Shown one piece after another: positions 18,880 through 35,045 of a stretch of DNA of 64,000 nt. The position numbers and the translations under genes are program-made. Below the pieces are notes generated by a model. The model made no database searches and was not told where the DNA came from. It worked only from the letters and a program-made list of their open reading frames with translations. Source of the stretch: the human T2T-CHM13v2.0 reference genome, Homo sapiens; the NCBI RefSeq assembly GCF_009914755.1, contig NC_060930.1; one strand, 5' to 3'. The number at the start of each line of letters is the position of its first letter. The stretch's first letter is position 1.

Positions 18880-19233
18880 CACAAGGCCACCCTTCCTCAC
18901 GATGCCGCAGGTCCCCTCCCCTTCTCTCAGCATGGCTGGAGAGCCCCTCAACTGTGGCCTGCTGTCCTTGATCCAGTGCCCCACGCTGCCCCACCCTTCT
19001 GGGGAGCCCACCTCAAAGAGAACTCCCTGGAGGCTCCTACAGTGGCCTCCGGCTGACCAAAGTGTGCTGTGGGCAGAAGCCCCTGCCTCCCTCACCATGT
19101 ACTTCCTCATCCCAGATCTCAGTCCCTCAAGGGCCAGGCAGGTGTCATCCAAGACGACAAGCCATCTCAGTCTCATGTACTGTGGGGAGAAGACCTCCCA
19201 GAGCCCTCTACCCTCTCCTTGAGTCATACATGC

Positions 19234-19554
19234 TTTTTTTTTTTTTTTTTTTTTTTTGAGACGGAGTCTCATTTGTTTGCCCAGGCTGTAGTGAAGTGGC
19301 AGGATCTCAGCTCACTGCAACCTCCACCCTCTGGATTCATGTGATTTTCCTGCCTCAGCCTCTTGAGTAGCTGGGACTACAGGAATCCGCCACCATGCCC
19401 GGCTATTTTTTTTTTTTTTTTTTTTTGTATTTTTAGTAGAGACAGGGTTTTGCCATGGTGGCCAGGCTGGTCTCGAACTCCTGACCTCAGGTGATCCACC
19501 CGCCTTGTCCTCCCAAAGTGCTAGAATTACAGGTGTGGGCCACTGCGCCTGGCC
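19234..19554 (-). mobile_element. AluSx-like
   Basis: Antisense Alu; TSD catacatgc. Confidence 0.93.
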
Positions 19555-19756
19555 CATACATGCATTTTAACAGCTACATTCATGGATGCATTTAGCAAGC
19601 AACCTGGCTTCACATGCAAGGCACAGTGCTAGGAATTAGGTCTACAGGGATGAGCAAGATGTGGACCCCGCCTCTGCTGTCTCCAGGCCACTAGGGACGA
19701 CGGTCGGGGAATAGACCACTGAGATTGAAGTGATGAAAGTCTCAAGGAAAGAACAG

Positions 19757-19856
19757 GGAGGCGGAGGTTGCAGTGAGCCAAGATTGCGCCACTGCACTCC
19801 AGCCTGGGCGACAGAGCGAGACTCTGTCTCAAAACAAAACAAACAAACAAAAAAAG
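19757..19856 (+). mobile_element. 5'-truncated Alu (3' ~100 bp)
   Basis: ggaggcggaggttgcagtgagcc...ctcaaaac; aaaagaac flanks. Confidence 0.88.
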
Positions 19857-20696
19857 AACTCTGGCATTCCACTGAACACGTTCTCCTTCAAAACTGGGTC
19901 CAATCATTCTGCTGACACCAAGAGAGTGCCTAAAGGGACAGCCCAACTCAGGCCTTAGATTTATCTTGAGAGAAAAGTCCTAGAAGCATTTTGATTCTCA
20001 TAGATGAAAGGACACCAGCACGGAGGACATGATTGGTCTTCTCGCCTCTCAAGCTGCGGTGGTGCTGTCCGATTTGTGCATAGCCAGAGGAAGATTTCCT
20101 GAGAAGCCAGTCAAGCATGAGCTCCAGGGTCCTTGCCTGTGTGCCCCTCTTCCAAGGTCCTGTACCGATTTTTTAAAAATTCATAATTGTATAATACTTT
20201 TCTTAAATGGTGTGGGGCACAAAACATAGACCTGCATCGTAAGACCTGGCTCTACCCCTGGAATATGTTTCTGATCTGAAGATGACAACCTGGAGCAGTA
20301 AGCCCTTCAGTCCTTGGCAACAATTAATCATGTTTTGATTGAACATGGCTCCTAATTGTAAGGAGGCTTCAATGTTAAGAAGTGGTTTGTCTTCACTGTA
20401 CTGTAGATTCTGACTTCAATACACATGTGACCTCAAAAAGTAAATTAATGCCGCCAGATCCAATTCTTCACATCCTTTCTGTCAGTAGCGCAGGTTCAAG
20501 AAGGCAGCTGGACACACTGCCTGGCACAAAGTGGGTGCCCGCCTCCAGGTTAGTGAATGCATGCTAGCAATTGTGGCAAAAACTTGTTAGCCTCAGTGTG
20601 TTTGAAGTCCTTGGTTTAAAAAAATAATAAAAAATATAGAAAAGTTGCAAGAATAATTCAAAGAACTTTTTAGTTCTTGAATAATTTGAAAGTAAG

Positions 20697-21298
<602 letters not shown>

Positions 21299-21439
21299 GT
21301 TGCAGGCATGATTTCCTTGTACCTCTAAAAACATTAGTATATATGGCCCACAAACAAAGACACTCTTCCATACACCCTCAGTATAACCATCAAGATCAGG
21401 ACACCCTGTTCAATGTTAACCAGTTGTCCAAATGATCTT

Positions 21440-21605
21440 ATTTTTTAATAATTAAATTAAATTTCAGATTCAAGGGGTATACGTGCAGGTTTGTTACATG
21501 GGTATATTGCATAATGGTGACGTTTGGGCTTCTAGTGTACCTGTCCCCCAAAGAGTGAACACTGTACCCAATAGGTGATTTTTGAACCCTCACCCCTCCC
21601 ACCCT
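21440..21605 (-). mobile_element. 5'-truncated L1PA/L1PB 3' end
   Basis: gtgcaggtttgttacatgggtatattgc...gtacccaataggt...cccctcccaccct. Confidence 0.85.
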
Positions 21606-21911
21606 CTGAATGATGTTCTTTGTAGCCAAATGATCCAGTCCAGGATCAGGCACTTCATTTAGTTGTCGTGTTTCTTTAGTCTCTGTCAGTCTGGAACGTT
21701 TCCTCAGTCTCTCCTTGTCTCTCAGAACAGTGACATTTTGAAGATTACAGGCATTATTTTGGAAAATGTTCCTCAATTTGGGTTTGTGTGATGTTTTCTC
21801 AGAGATTCAGATTATGCATTTTGGAGGAATTTCGCAGAAATGATTCATGTTCTTATTGTATCTTATCAGGGGGCACGTGGTTCTGTTTGTCCCATTATCG
21901 ATGACGTTAAC

Positions 21912-22771
<860 letters not shown>

Positions 22772-23045
22772 AATGATTCAACTTTGATCGCTTGATTCAG
22801 GTGGTATCCGTCAGGTTTTTCCACCATCAGTTACTTATTTTCTCTTTGTTTTTAATAAGTACTTATTTGAGACTATATAAATGTCCTATTCCTCATCAAA
22901 CTTTCAGTCACTAGTTTTAGCATCCATTGAAGTTTCTTCCTTAATTATTACTATGATGGTTAGCAAAAGCTGATTTTCTAATTCTGTCATTCTATCTACA
23001 CTTACTGGTTGCATGCTACTATAACATTGAGCTTTCCCTTTTAAT

Positions 23046-23070
23046 ATCTATCTATCTATCTATCTATCTA
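23046..23070. repeat. (ATCT)n microsatellite
   Basis: atctatctatctatctatctatcta. Confidence 0.9.
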
Positions 23071-23836
23071 CCTCAGTATGGACTTGTGGATTCCTATTTT
23101 ATTCGATGAATTTATCATCTCTTATTACCATTATATATCTTGATACTTTAATTGTTCCAGACTTGGCTAGTGAGAGCACATTCAAGTTGGCTTCTGTGTC
23201 CTTTGGACTTATTTCCATTATACTTTGAGTGCTTCCTGACTTTCTGGCCAAACAAGATGTTCTAGGCTCCTTCTGTACTTTCTCTGACTCAGCCGTGGAA
23301 CCAGGAAGCCCTGCTCCTTTTAATAGAGAATGATTTTTAGAAACCAAGATTTTGGTGATAGGTGTGCTTGCTGCTATTGGGATCTCACTGCTTTAGTATC
23401 TTTTAATAGTCAGAACTAGAAAATATATGCGTGTACACGCACACACACACACACAGATACTGAAAACCTACAGTGCATATTGATGCCTCCAATTCCAAAG
23501 CAACGCTACATGGTTTATTCAGCTTCTCCCCTTTCATACTTGTAACTCCCCCTTTCAACAGTAAGAAACCCGACACTCATTATCCTGAATATATTTACTT
23601 ATTTGCTCAATCTCTCTGTATGAAACTAGTCTACTGACTCTGCCAGGCCACTGCCCTGCTTAGCAAACTCTCTTTGTGTGGGCCACTGATCTCAAGGGCT
23701 TTAGAACTGAATTATTAAGGAAAGAAGACAGGAAAGCCTTGGTTTGCTTTTAGAATGGGAATATTATAGATTGTAAAGACCTTATATGTGTGGATCAGCA
23801 ACACTAGCAACATGGATCAGCTTAGGAAGGTGACTT

Positions 23837-24239
<403 letters not shown>

Positions 24240-24377
24240 CTAGGTTACCGAGACTGTTAGGTATTGCTATTTTGGATATTGCATTTAAAGAGAAGTTTGC
24301 TATATTTTATGCATGTTTAGGTGTTTTCATAGTGAATGTGTTTTCAAATTAGATTGGCCTCTTTTCAAAATATATAA

Positions 24378-24661
<284 letters not shown>

Positions 24662-24709
<48 letters not shown>

Positions 24710-24745
24710 CACATACATACAGAGAGAGAGAGAGAGGGAGAGAGA
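24662..24745. repeat. Compound microsatellite (TG)~20-(TACA)n-(AG)n
   Basis: Read directly; lies between two Alu tails. Confidence 0.95.
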
Positions 24746-24858
24746 CAAGATCTCACTATGTTACCCAAGCTGGTTTCAAACCTCTGAGCTCAAGTGATCC
24801 TCCCGTCTCAGCCTCCCAAAGTGGTAGGATTACAGGCATGAGCCACTATGCCCAGCCA
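24742..24858 (-). mobile_element. FLAM/AluJ left monomer
   Basis: gagacaagatctcactatgtt...gagccactatgcccagcc. Confidence 0.85.
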
Positions 24859-26058
24859 GATTGTTCCCTTTATTACCAGAAATTTTGGTCTTGAACACGA
24901 GTTTGAAAGTATCTTAGTTGAGTAATTCCTCTGAAAAGTCTGCCTGTACTTCTACTGGCAAGTAAACTGTTAATGTGGCCAGGTCTAGAATGAAGGCCAC
25001 TGGCTACCCCCTGGAAACTTCCAGTCCTTGGAGAATGCCTGGGAAACCTCTGGAAAACATCCAGACATCAGGCCTTTCCAAGGTCTGCCCATCTTGACTC
25101 CTATGCCTGGTGGAGTGAACCAGCTCATTCTAAGAGGCTTTCGGGCACCTCTGTGAAGCTGCTCACTCAAGAGTCCATGCAATCACCACACAGAGTTTCA
25201 GCCACTGACCCATCATCCAAAGTGAGCAGCTTTGGAGAAGGGGCTCATGCCCCAGGACTAGGTGAATGTGTCTCATGATTCCTCCCCGCAGCCATAAAAG
25301 ACTTTATTTTGCATTCCGTGCATTTTTAGGATTGCTGCTGTAAAATGCTACTCTGGTGAGCCATCCTGCCCAGATCCACCTAAATGTGGTACAATTCCTT
25401 AGTTTCACTGTGGAGGAAATAATCAAGACTCCTCAAAGCAAGGCACAGCGAATGGCTTGAACACTTCTGAATTTCATTCTGATGGATTTTGATCCCATAT
25501 TCTTTGAGACAGCTGTTTCTGTAGAATCGGTGACTTCTTTCCAGACTCAGATGTACCTCTGAACTGATTTTTAGCTGTTCATTCTGTACTATGCATTTCT
25601 TGTGCTCTGATTTTTTTTTTTTTTTTTTTTTTTGCAGGAATGCTGCCTTCATATCACCAGTAGTGTTTATGTTAGAATGTGCCCCTTCAGTGACTGTGGC
25701 AGTCTGCAATGTATTAATCCACTCAATGGCTAGGGCCTTTAACGAGTATTATATACTTCCAAGAAGGTGCTAGCAGAGAGCCTCACCATGCATTTTACAG
25801 CAAAGAAGTGAGCAATGTCATTAAGACACCCTCCAACTTGCAGTTTTTAGACAGAAGGCCAATTCTGTATGTATAAGAACACTGTATGTATTAAACGTGG
25901 TAATGATCTCCCAGGCTGCTGGAACCATTTGTTCACTATCACAGAACCATGACTGATGACATCTGGTAAAATGCTTTCCCTAAAAATCCTGCAAATTCAC
26001 CTGACGTTCTGGTTCTGGGTAAAACAGAGACAGTAAAATATCTTGAGGCAAATATTAA

Positions 26059-26470
<412 letters not shown>

Positions 26471-26539
26471 CCCCACTCTGATATTCTCTCAACTGCCTGT
26501 AAGCTCCACACTGCCCTCAGGATGGTGGTCTAATGCCTT

Positions 26540-26852
26540 AGCGTGGCTGTCAAGCCATCTGTGTTTTGACTGACCTTATCCCCCGACACTCCCAGATCGT
26601 GAGCCTTGTGCTTGGTGTTGCCTACAATCTCCATAGCCTTCCCCATCCTTCCACCTTTGCACACCTACTTAAATTCCTCCATGGTTGCAATTAGCTCTCA
26701 GCTGCCTTATTTGCTTATTCATCTCTCACTCCACTAGACTGCAAGCCCTTCCATAGCAGGAAACATGAACTACTCCTATTTATTCCTATGTACATGCTTG
26801 GGACATAGAAAGCAAGAATTATTTGTTGAACGACTGGATGGATGAATGAATG
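26540..26852 (+). mobile_element. L2 3' fragment
   Basis: ccactagactgcaagccc...catagaaagc...atttgttgaa...gatgaatgaatg. Confidence 0.7.
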
Positions 26853-27806
26853 CTTCAAAAGAGCCATTTAAAATGTAGATTCTCATTGAATGCTCAGGTT
26901 TCAGGGTGATGGCTGTGTTCACTTGTTTAGCAATAGTAGAGGACATTTTCACTACCTGCTAGCGTTTGGCTCCTCAGTTTTGTTTAATAGAAGATGTAGT
27001 ATTGGGGCAACAGTAATGAGTTAGAGAACAGGCAGGTTTTCAACAGCAGCCCTTTATTGCAGCAAAAATTTATTGCAGCAAAAGATAATCTGAGCCAACC
27101 ACAACCTAAATCACTGTTGCTGGCAATGACAGGAGTTAAAAGGAGAATCAAAATGATTATGTTGAACCACTCTGGCATCCGGCATCTATTACAGTGCATC
27201 CTCAGTTCATGTTACTATTTTTGTAGCTAATAACATCAGTTTTTTCAATAATTGATCTTACATATTTAATATATATGTTAATTTCACATTACTTAGATAC
27301 AAGTGCTATGAAAGATTGCTAAGTCTAAAAGCAGAAGTGAATGTGGTCTAAAAAAGTGAGTTTGATGAATTTCTTTTCTATTGAGCTGGCTGCTCATTTG
27401 ACTAAATCAACTAATCCACACAGGTGTTTGGGTGTCAAGTACGTGTTGCCTAAGTCATATTCTTTTGAGCTAGAAAAGTTGTTCCACTTAATTTCAAACC
27501 ATTTTGTTAATACTTTCCAAATTTCTGGAAATCTGCTCATTTAAAACTTACTTGGATGTCTAATGGTTTGCAAATTTTGTATTTTAGCAGTAGTATCCAC
27601 CACTACCCTGATGTGCAACACACACTGCACATTTTACAACTTTATACTTGAAGACTTAAAAGTCTCCCTTTGACTGATTAGCGGTGTTGAAAATGATGGG
27701 TCATGTCTATGATGCAAAATCAATTGACAAAAAATACTGAATGGCTTTAAAAGGGAAAAGCATCTCTGAATTATGTTTGTAAAGGAACATCTTTAATTTT
27801 TCTTAA

Positions 27807-28049
<243 letters not shown>

Positions 28050-28494
28050 TAAGAGTTATGGTCAGAGTTGGAGCTTGGGAGCAGTAAGAAGGAACAGGTT
28101 ATAATAATAAAAATACTATTTCCCTAATACTTGTTTGTAAACCATGCTTTTTGTTTTTGTTTTTCAACATACCCATTTTTCTCAATAGGCTATATTGCTG
28201 AAAAGTTTTCAGAAAGTTCTATTAAAAAATAACCAAAGTCTTACACTTAATAGATTTTTAGTAACTTTGTTAAATGAATGTCAGACACAAAGCTAATGCT
28301 AGTATTTGGAAGTGATGTCGTTGAAGTTTTGATAAGGACATTTAAAGTTATGGATGATAATTAAGTCTTACTGTAAATTACTACCTGACTATGAAACTTA
28401 GTACAGTCAATGTAGCTCTGTAAGAGAAATAATAAAGATAGAATAGTCATGACTAGGTGCTTTTCTTCTTAATCATTCACGGGAAGGAGCAAAA

Positions 28495-28712
28495 AAGATA
28501 ATGAACATTTTTTTGAATACCTATTTGTGCCACTCAATAATTCAGGAACTTCAGAGATCTCAGTTAATCCTTTCAGCCAAACAGGTTACAAATAAAGAAT
28601 CTGAGGTTCATAAAAGTTTGGAAATTCATACAACTTCAGAGAGACGGGTTGGGGGATGGTGGGACTGGGGATTAAACCCAAGCCTGCCTGGCTCCAAGGC
28701 AGTTTCCACTGC
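28495..28712 (-). mobile_element. MIR
   Basis: ttgaatacctatttgtgcca...acaaataaagaatctgagg...ggattaaacccaagcctgcctggctccaag. Confidence 0.65.
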
Positions 28713-29008
28713 AGGGTCTACTGTATTTGGAATTTCTATCAGGTAGTTCTGGTAGCTTTTTGGAAGAAAGTGTAGAAGAAAGTTTGAAAGTCATTCTTAT
28801 GATCGGTTTGCTTCCTGGTTCCTAACCAACCAAGTGGATCTAAGTGAGGCCACTTTGTAAACAGGTCGTTCTCCAAATTGATGAACACAGCAGAATCTGA
28901 GACATTTTCAGAAACTTTGTACTGCAGATTTAATATGGTCTGTTGCTCAGGGGAAGCGGAGATTGTTGAGACTGTAGGCACCCTTATTTTCCCTCTCACA
29001 TAGCAATC

Positions 29009-29167
29009 TTTTTTTTTTTCTTAAGACAAGGTCTCGCTCTGTCACCCAGGATGGAGTGCTGCGGTGTGATCACAGCTCACTGCAGCCTGAACCTCCTGGG
29101 CTAAAGTGATCTTTCCACCTCAGCCTCCCAAATAGTGGGGATTACAGGTGTGAGCAACCACGCCCCA
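29009..29167 (-). mobile_element. Alu monomer (FRAM/AluJ)
   Basis: TSD-like tagcaatc on both sides. Confidence 0.85.
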
Positions 29168-29297
29168 CAGTAGCAATCCTTTTCTTAAACCAGCAGCAGG
29201 ACAAATGTCTTCCTGAAGATTTGTAACACCTGGTAGTGATCCCAACTCCTTCTGGGCCCGCTTAAGACTAAGTTTCTGGTTAGGAAAGAAGAAACTG

Positions 29298-29915
29298 CAG
29301 AGCTTAGTAGTTAAGGGCACACAGGAGTCAGACAACCTTGGGTGTGAATCCCGGCACTGCCATGGTACTAATGTGTTGCATGAGTCATGTTGAGAGGTGA
29401 GGCCAGCTGGACTTCCTGGGTCCAGTGGGGACTTGGGGAACTTTCCTGTCTTACAAGAGGATTGTAAAACGCACCAATCAGCAGGATTCTAAAAGTAGCC
29501 AGTCACGGGAAGGATTGAAAAAGAGGGCACTCTGATAGGATAGAAATGGAACATGGGTGGGGACAATAAGGGAATAAAAGCTGGCCACCCCAGCCAGCAG
29601 CGGCATCCCGCTTGGGTCCTCCTCCATGCTGTGGAAGCTTTTTCGCTCTTCACAATAAACCTTGCTACTGCTCACTCTTTGGGTCCCGGCCATCTTTAAG
29701 AGCTGTAACACTCACCGCGAAGGTCTGTGGCTTCATTCTTGAAGTCACTGAGACCACGAACCCACTGGCAGGAACCAAGTCCAGACACAATGTTATGCAA
29801 GCTTTCTAGACCCTTTCTGTAAAATGGGTATAATAATAGTATCTAAGTCATGGGGATTTTGTGAGGATTAAATGAAATGCCTGTTAAGCATTTAAAATGC
29901 CTGGCACATTGAAAG
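29298..29915 (+). mobile_element. MIR split by the LTR12-family LTR
   Basis: tagtagttaagggcacacaggagtcagac...; resumes ctgtaaaatgggtataataatagta...gtgaggattaaatga. Confidence 0.8.
29391..29789 (+). mobile_element. LTR12-family (LTR12F-like, ERV9 group) solo LTR
   Basis: TGAGAGGTGAGGCCAGCTGG...CCAGACACA; perfect TSD atgt; CCAAT 29474-29478; AATAAA 29654-29659. Confidence 0.88.
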
Positions 29916-30203
29916 TTCTTTTTGGAGACAAGTCTTGCTCTGCCGCCCAGGCTGGAGTGCAGTGACATGATCTCTGCTCACTGCAGCCTCTGCCTCCTGG
30001 GTTCAAGCAATTCGGTGCCTCAGCCCTGAGTAGCTGGGATTACAGGCATGCGCCAACATGCCCACCCAATTTTTGTATTTTTAGTAGAGATGGGGTTTCA
30101 CCATGTTGGCCAGGGTGGTCTGGAACTCCTGACCTCAGGTTATCCTCCTGCCTCGACCTCCCAAAGTGCTAGGATTACAGGTGTGAACCATTGCCTTTGG
30201 GCC
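29916..30203 (-). mobile_element. AluSx-like
   Basis: Antisense Alu. Confidence 0.92.
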
Positions 30204-30814
30204 AAAAGTACTTAATTCTTATTGATGTCCACATTCAACAATTACTAGGTTTGTTTTTTCTGCATCCAGCTGCAAATGATCTTCAAAGTTGTGAACTCAG
30301 GAAATCTCAGAGGCGTTTATAGGCTTTCCAACCAGAGATGATATTTGTAATTCAAAGAAGTAAATAGAAATCCTTAAGAGAACCCCTTTCAAGCTAAGTT
30401 CCCATCTAATATGGAGTGGTGGCTTCGAATGATCCTTTTGGCTTATCTTTTTAAGTGTAAGAATTTTTGATGAATCACACTTCGTACCTATTTGGTCACT
30501 TTCACCAAAGTACAAAACCAGTCTGCCACCAGAAGAAATTTAATAACCTTGAGACTCAGAGAAGCAATGCTGCCTGATTGGTGGACAGCCAGACCAGTGA
30601 GGGTCAGACGTGGCTCTTCGGCTCCGGACACGGGAATGTGGTGGAAATGAGATCCTCCAGCGATTCTAAGGAGTGTTTTGTTCTTCTGGCTTAAGAGAAG
30701 GGCAGAGGACAGAACCAAGGGGAAAGAGAGACAGGCCCAGCCATTGTCTGACGTGAGGCACAATAACACATTAGAGGGCTGGTTTAGCAAAGGGCAAGGT
30801 AGAGTTGGCATTAG

Positions 30815-31700
30815 ACGCGCTTGCAAAGGGAGGCGGGCAAGAGCTTCAAGACGCGAATGACACTTGAGCAGCCTGGGCTCACGTCTGGTAAGGTTTACGC
30901 CGCCTGTTCCCGCCATCTGGCAACTCCCTCCCAGAAGGGTGAGTTTGGTTCTTGGCAAATCCCCTTCGGACACACAAGCTCTTTTATTAAAATATAACCC
31001 CACTAACAGATTGCAGACTAGGCACAGAAGCCCCAAAGCACCCCCAGAGACCGCAGCAGTCCCGCCCCGCCGCCCCCGGATCCGCGCGGCTGCCAGAAGC
31101 TCCCCTCCCCCAGATCTTGGCCCCTCCCTGAGGCGCGCGAGCGTGTCGTCGCCCGCTCCCGGCCAATCAGGGCGCGCGACCAAAATAGCGCCATATAAAA
31201 GCTGGATGGCGGGCGCGGCCGGTGCAGAGCCTCGCGCTGGGGTGGGGTTGCGCGCGCAGGTGAGGGGGGCGGGGCCGGCGCGACCGGCGGGGCGGGGCGG
31301 ACACTCCCACCGCGCACCTGCTTCTGCCTGACGTGTACCCGGAAGGTCGTCAGCTCAGGCTCCAAATATGTAACAGTGAGTTTCTAAGTGAGTCACACGG
31401 ACGCGGTTGGTTTCCAGTGAGGCATAACTCATCGCTTCACTCTTCTCAACGGTTCCCTCTTCGGAAGGAAGCGCAGTCCGCAGCGTCGTCCGAGGGCGTG
31501 ATCGCCTGCGTCGCACCCGCGTCTCCAGTGGCCACCCCTTGTCCTACAGGAACGCGCATCTGCTTAGCAGGCGCTGAGCCCTTGAGGAGGCCTAAAATGA
31601 ATGAACGCGGCTGTGCCTCCTGAGCAGGCTCACAGTTGTGGGTGGGGGACAGAAGGGTGTCCATGCCTAAGGTCGACGGCGATAAGACAGACGTTCTTCC
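30815..31700. promoter_or_regulatory. CpG-island promoter (probably of a plus-strand lncRNA such as C6orf99/LINC02901, from memory)
   Basis: Dense CpG; CCAAT 31163-31167, TATAAAA 31194-31200, palindrome tgcgcgcgca 31249-31258, GC boxes ~31265-31300, TGACGT 31329-31334, CCGGAAG 31339-31345, TGAGTCA 31389-31395; candidate donors at 31260, 31376, 31388. Confidence 0.85.
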
Positions 31701-31784
31701 CAGGAGGAGATCAGTTCCAGGTGGGAGGCATTTCTAGGAGTCACCTTTCTCCGAGGAAGTGACCTGAGCTGTAGGAGGTGGAAT

Positions 31785-32211
<427 letters not shown>

Positions 32212-32499
32212 TCATTCCTTCATTTTTCTTATTTTTTCCTAACTGATATAATTTACACACAATAAATCGCACAGAAATTAAGAGGACAGCTGGGTGAAGT
32301 TTTACATATGTATACACATGTCATTAGCCCCTAGGTCAAGATCTAGAACATTTCCATCACCCCAGGTTTCCAACTGCTCCTTCCGGTCAGTAGTACTTCC
32401 CCAGAGGTAACCACTATTCATTTGGACTTAAATTACCAAGTATGAGTTGTGTCTACTCTTAAACTTCATGTAATTGCAATCAAGCATTATGCTTTATTC

Positions 32500-33012
32500 C
32501 AAACTTGTCCAACCCGCACAGGCCACGGTTTTGAATGTGGCCCAACACAAATTTGTAAACTTTCTTAAAACATTGCGAGATTTTTTGTGACTTTATTTAT
32601 TTATTTATTTTTTTGAGACAGAGTCTCTGTTGCCCAGGCTGGAGTGCAGTGGTGTGATCTCGGCTTACTGTAACCACCGCTTCCCAGGTTCAAGCGATTC
32701 TCATGCCTCAACCTCCCGAGTAGCTGAGATTACAGGCTGGTGCCACCACACCTGGCTAATTTTTGTATTTTTAGTAGAGATGGGGTTTCACCATATTGGG
32801 CAGGCCGGTCTCAAACTCCCGACCTCAGGTGATCTGACCACCTCGGCCTCCCAAAGTGCTGGGATTACAGGCATCAGCCACCGTGCCCCGCCATGTGATT
32901 TTTTTTTTTTTTTTTAGCCCATCAGCTATTGTTAATTTTAGTGTATTTTATGTGTGGCCCAAGGCAATTCTTCCAGTGTGGCCCAGGGAAGCCAAAAGAT
33001 TGGACACCTTTG
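32500..33012. mobile_element. MER30 hAT DNA transposon with an Alu (32592-32892, minus) inside
   Basis: caaacttgtccaacc ... cccagggaagccaaaagattggacacctttg termini. Confidence 0.85.
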
Positions 33013-33361
33013 CATTTCTGTTTTTTTTCACCCACCGTAGTGTCTGTAAGATTCCTCCATGTTATCACACGTATCAGTAGTTTGAAGTTTGTTTATTACT
33101 GAATAGTATTCTATTGCATGAATATACTTAAGTTAACTTATCCTTTTTACCATTGATGTGTATGTGGGTTGTTTTCAGTTTTTGGCTATTATGCATAAAG
33201 CTGCTCTGAACATTCATGTAGTATGATGAATAATTGATTTTAGTAGGATATATACCTATAAAAGGAATTTTTGTGTCATAGGATGATAGGTGTATATTTA
33301 GTTTTAGTAGACACTGCTGGCAGTTTCCCAAAAGGATTGAATCAATTTTTGAAAATTGGCT

Positions 33362-34379
<1,018 letters not shown>

Positions 34380-34732
34380 AAAATCAGGTTGTTTTCTTAC
34401 CATTGAATTTTGAGAGTTCTTTAAATATTCTGGATACAAGTTCTTTATTAAAAAGACTCCCTTCCATTGACTTTGCACCTGCCACTTTGTGAAACGTCAG
34501 TTGGCCATATTTGTGTGAATTTATTTCTGGACCATTTGTTCTGTTTCATTGATCTGTGTCTATCCCTTCACCAACACGACACTGTCTTGATTGCTGTAGC
34601 TTTAAAGTAAGTCTTAGCGCCCTCCAACTTTGTTCTTTTTCCTGATTACTTGGGTATTTTACTTCATTTGACTTTCCATATGTATTTTAGGCTTGTCTAT
34701 ATGTTTTAACAATCCTGCTGGGAATTTTGTTC

Positions 34733-35045
34733 TTTTTTTGTTTGTTTTGTTTTGTTTTTCAGAGTCTCAGTCTGTAGCCCCGATGGAGTGCAGTGGTGCC
34801 ATCATAGCTCACTGTAACCTCAAACTCCTGGGCTCAGGGGATCTTTCTGCCTCAGCCTCCTGAGTAGCTAGGATCACAGGTGTGCATCACCACACCTGGC
34901 TAATTAAAAAAAAATTTTTTTTTTTTTTGGTAGAGACGGAGGTCTCGCTATGTTGCCCATACTGGTCTCAAAATTCCTGGCCTCGAGTGATCCTCCTGTC
35001 TCAGTCCCTGAAATGCTGGGATTACAGGTGAGCCACTGTGCCCCA
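34733..35045 (-). mobile_element. AluJ-like
   Basis: J diagnostics. Confidence 0.88.

Noticed and set aside
30905-30925. CTCF/YY1-like motif cgccatctggcaa
   Set aside because: Only a partial consensus match; cannot be supported without ChIP data.
30488-31365. 231-, 155- and 115-aa ORFs over the CpG island
   Set aside because: Overlapping on both strands, Arg/Ala/Pro/Gly-rich, no recognisable homology; expected in GC-rich DNA.
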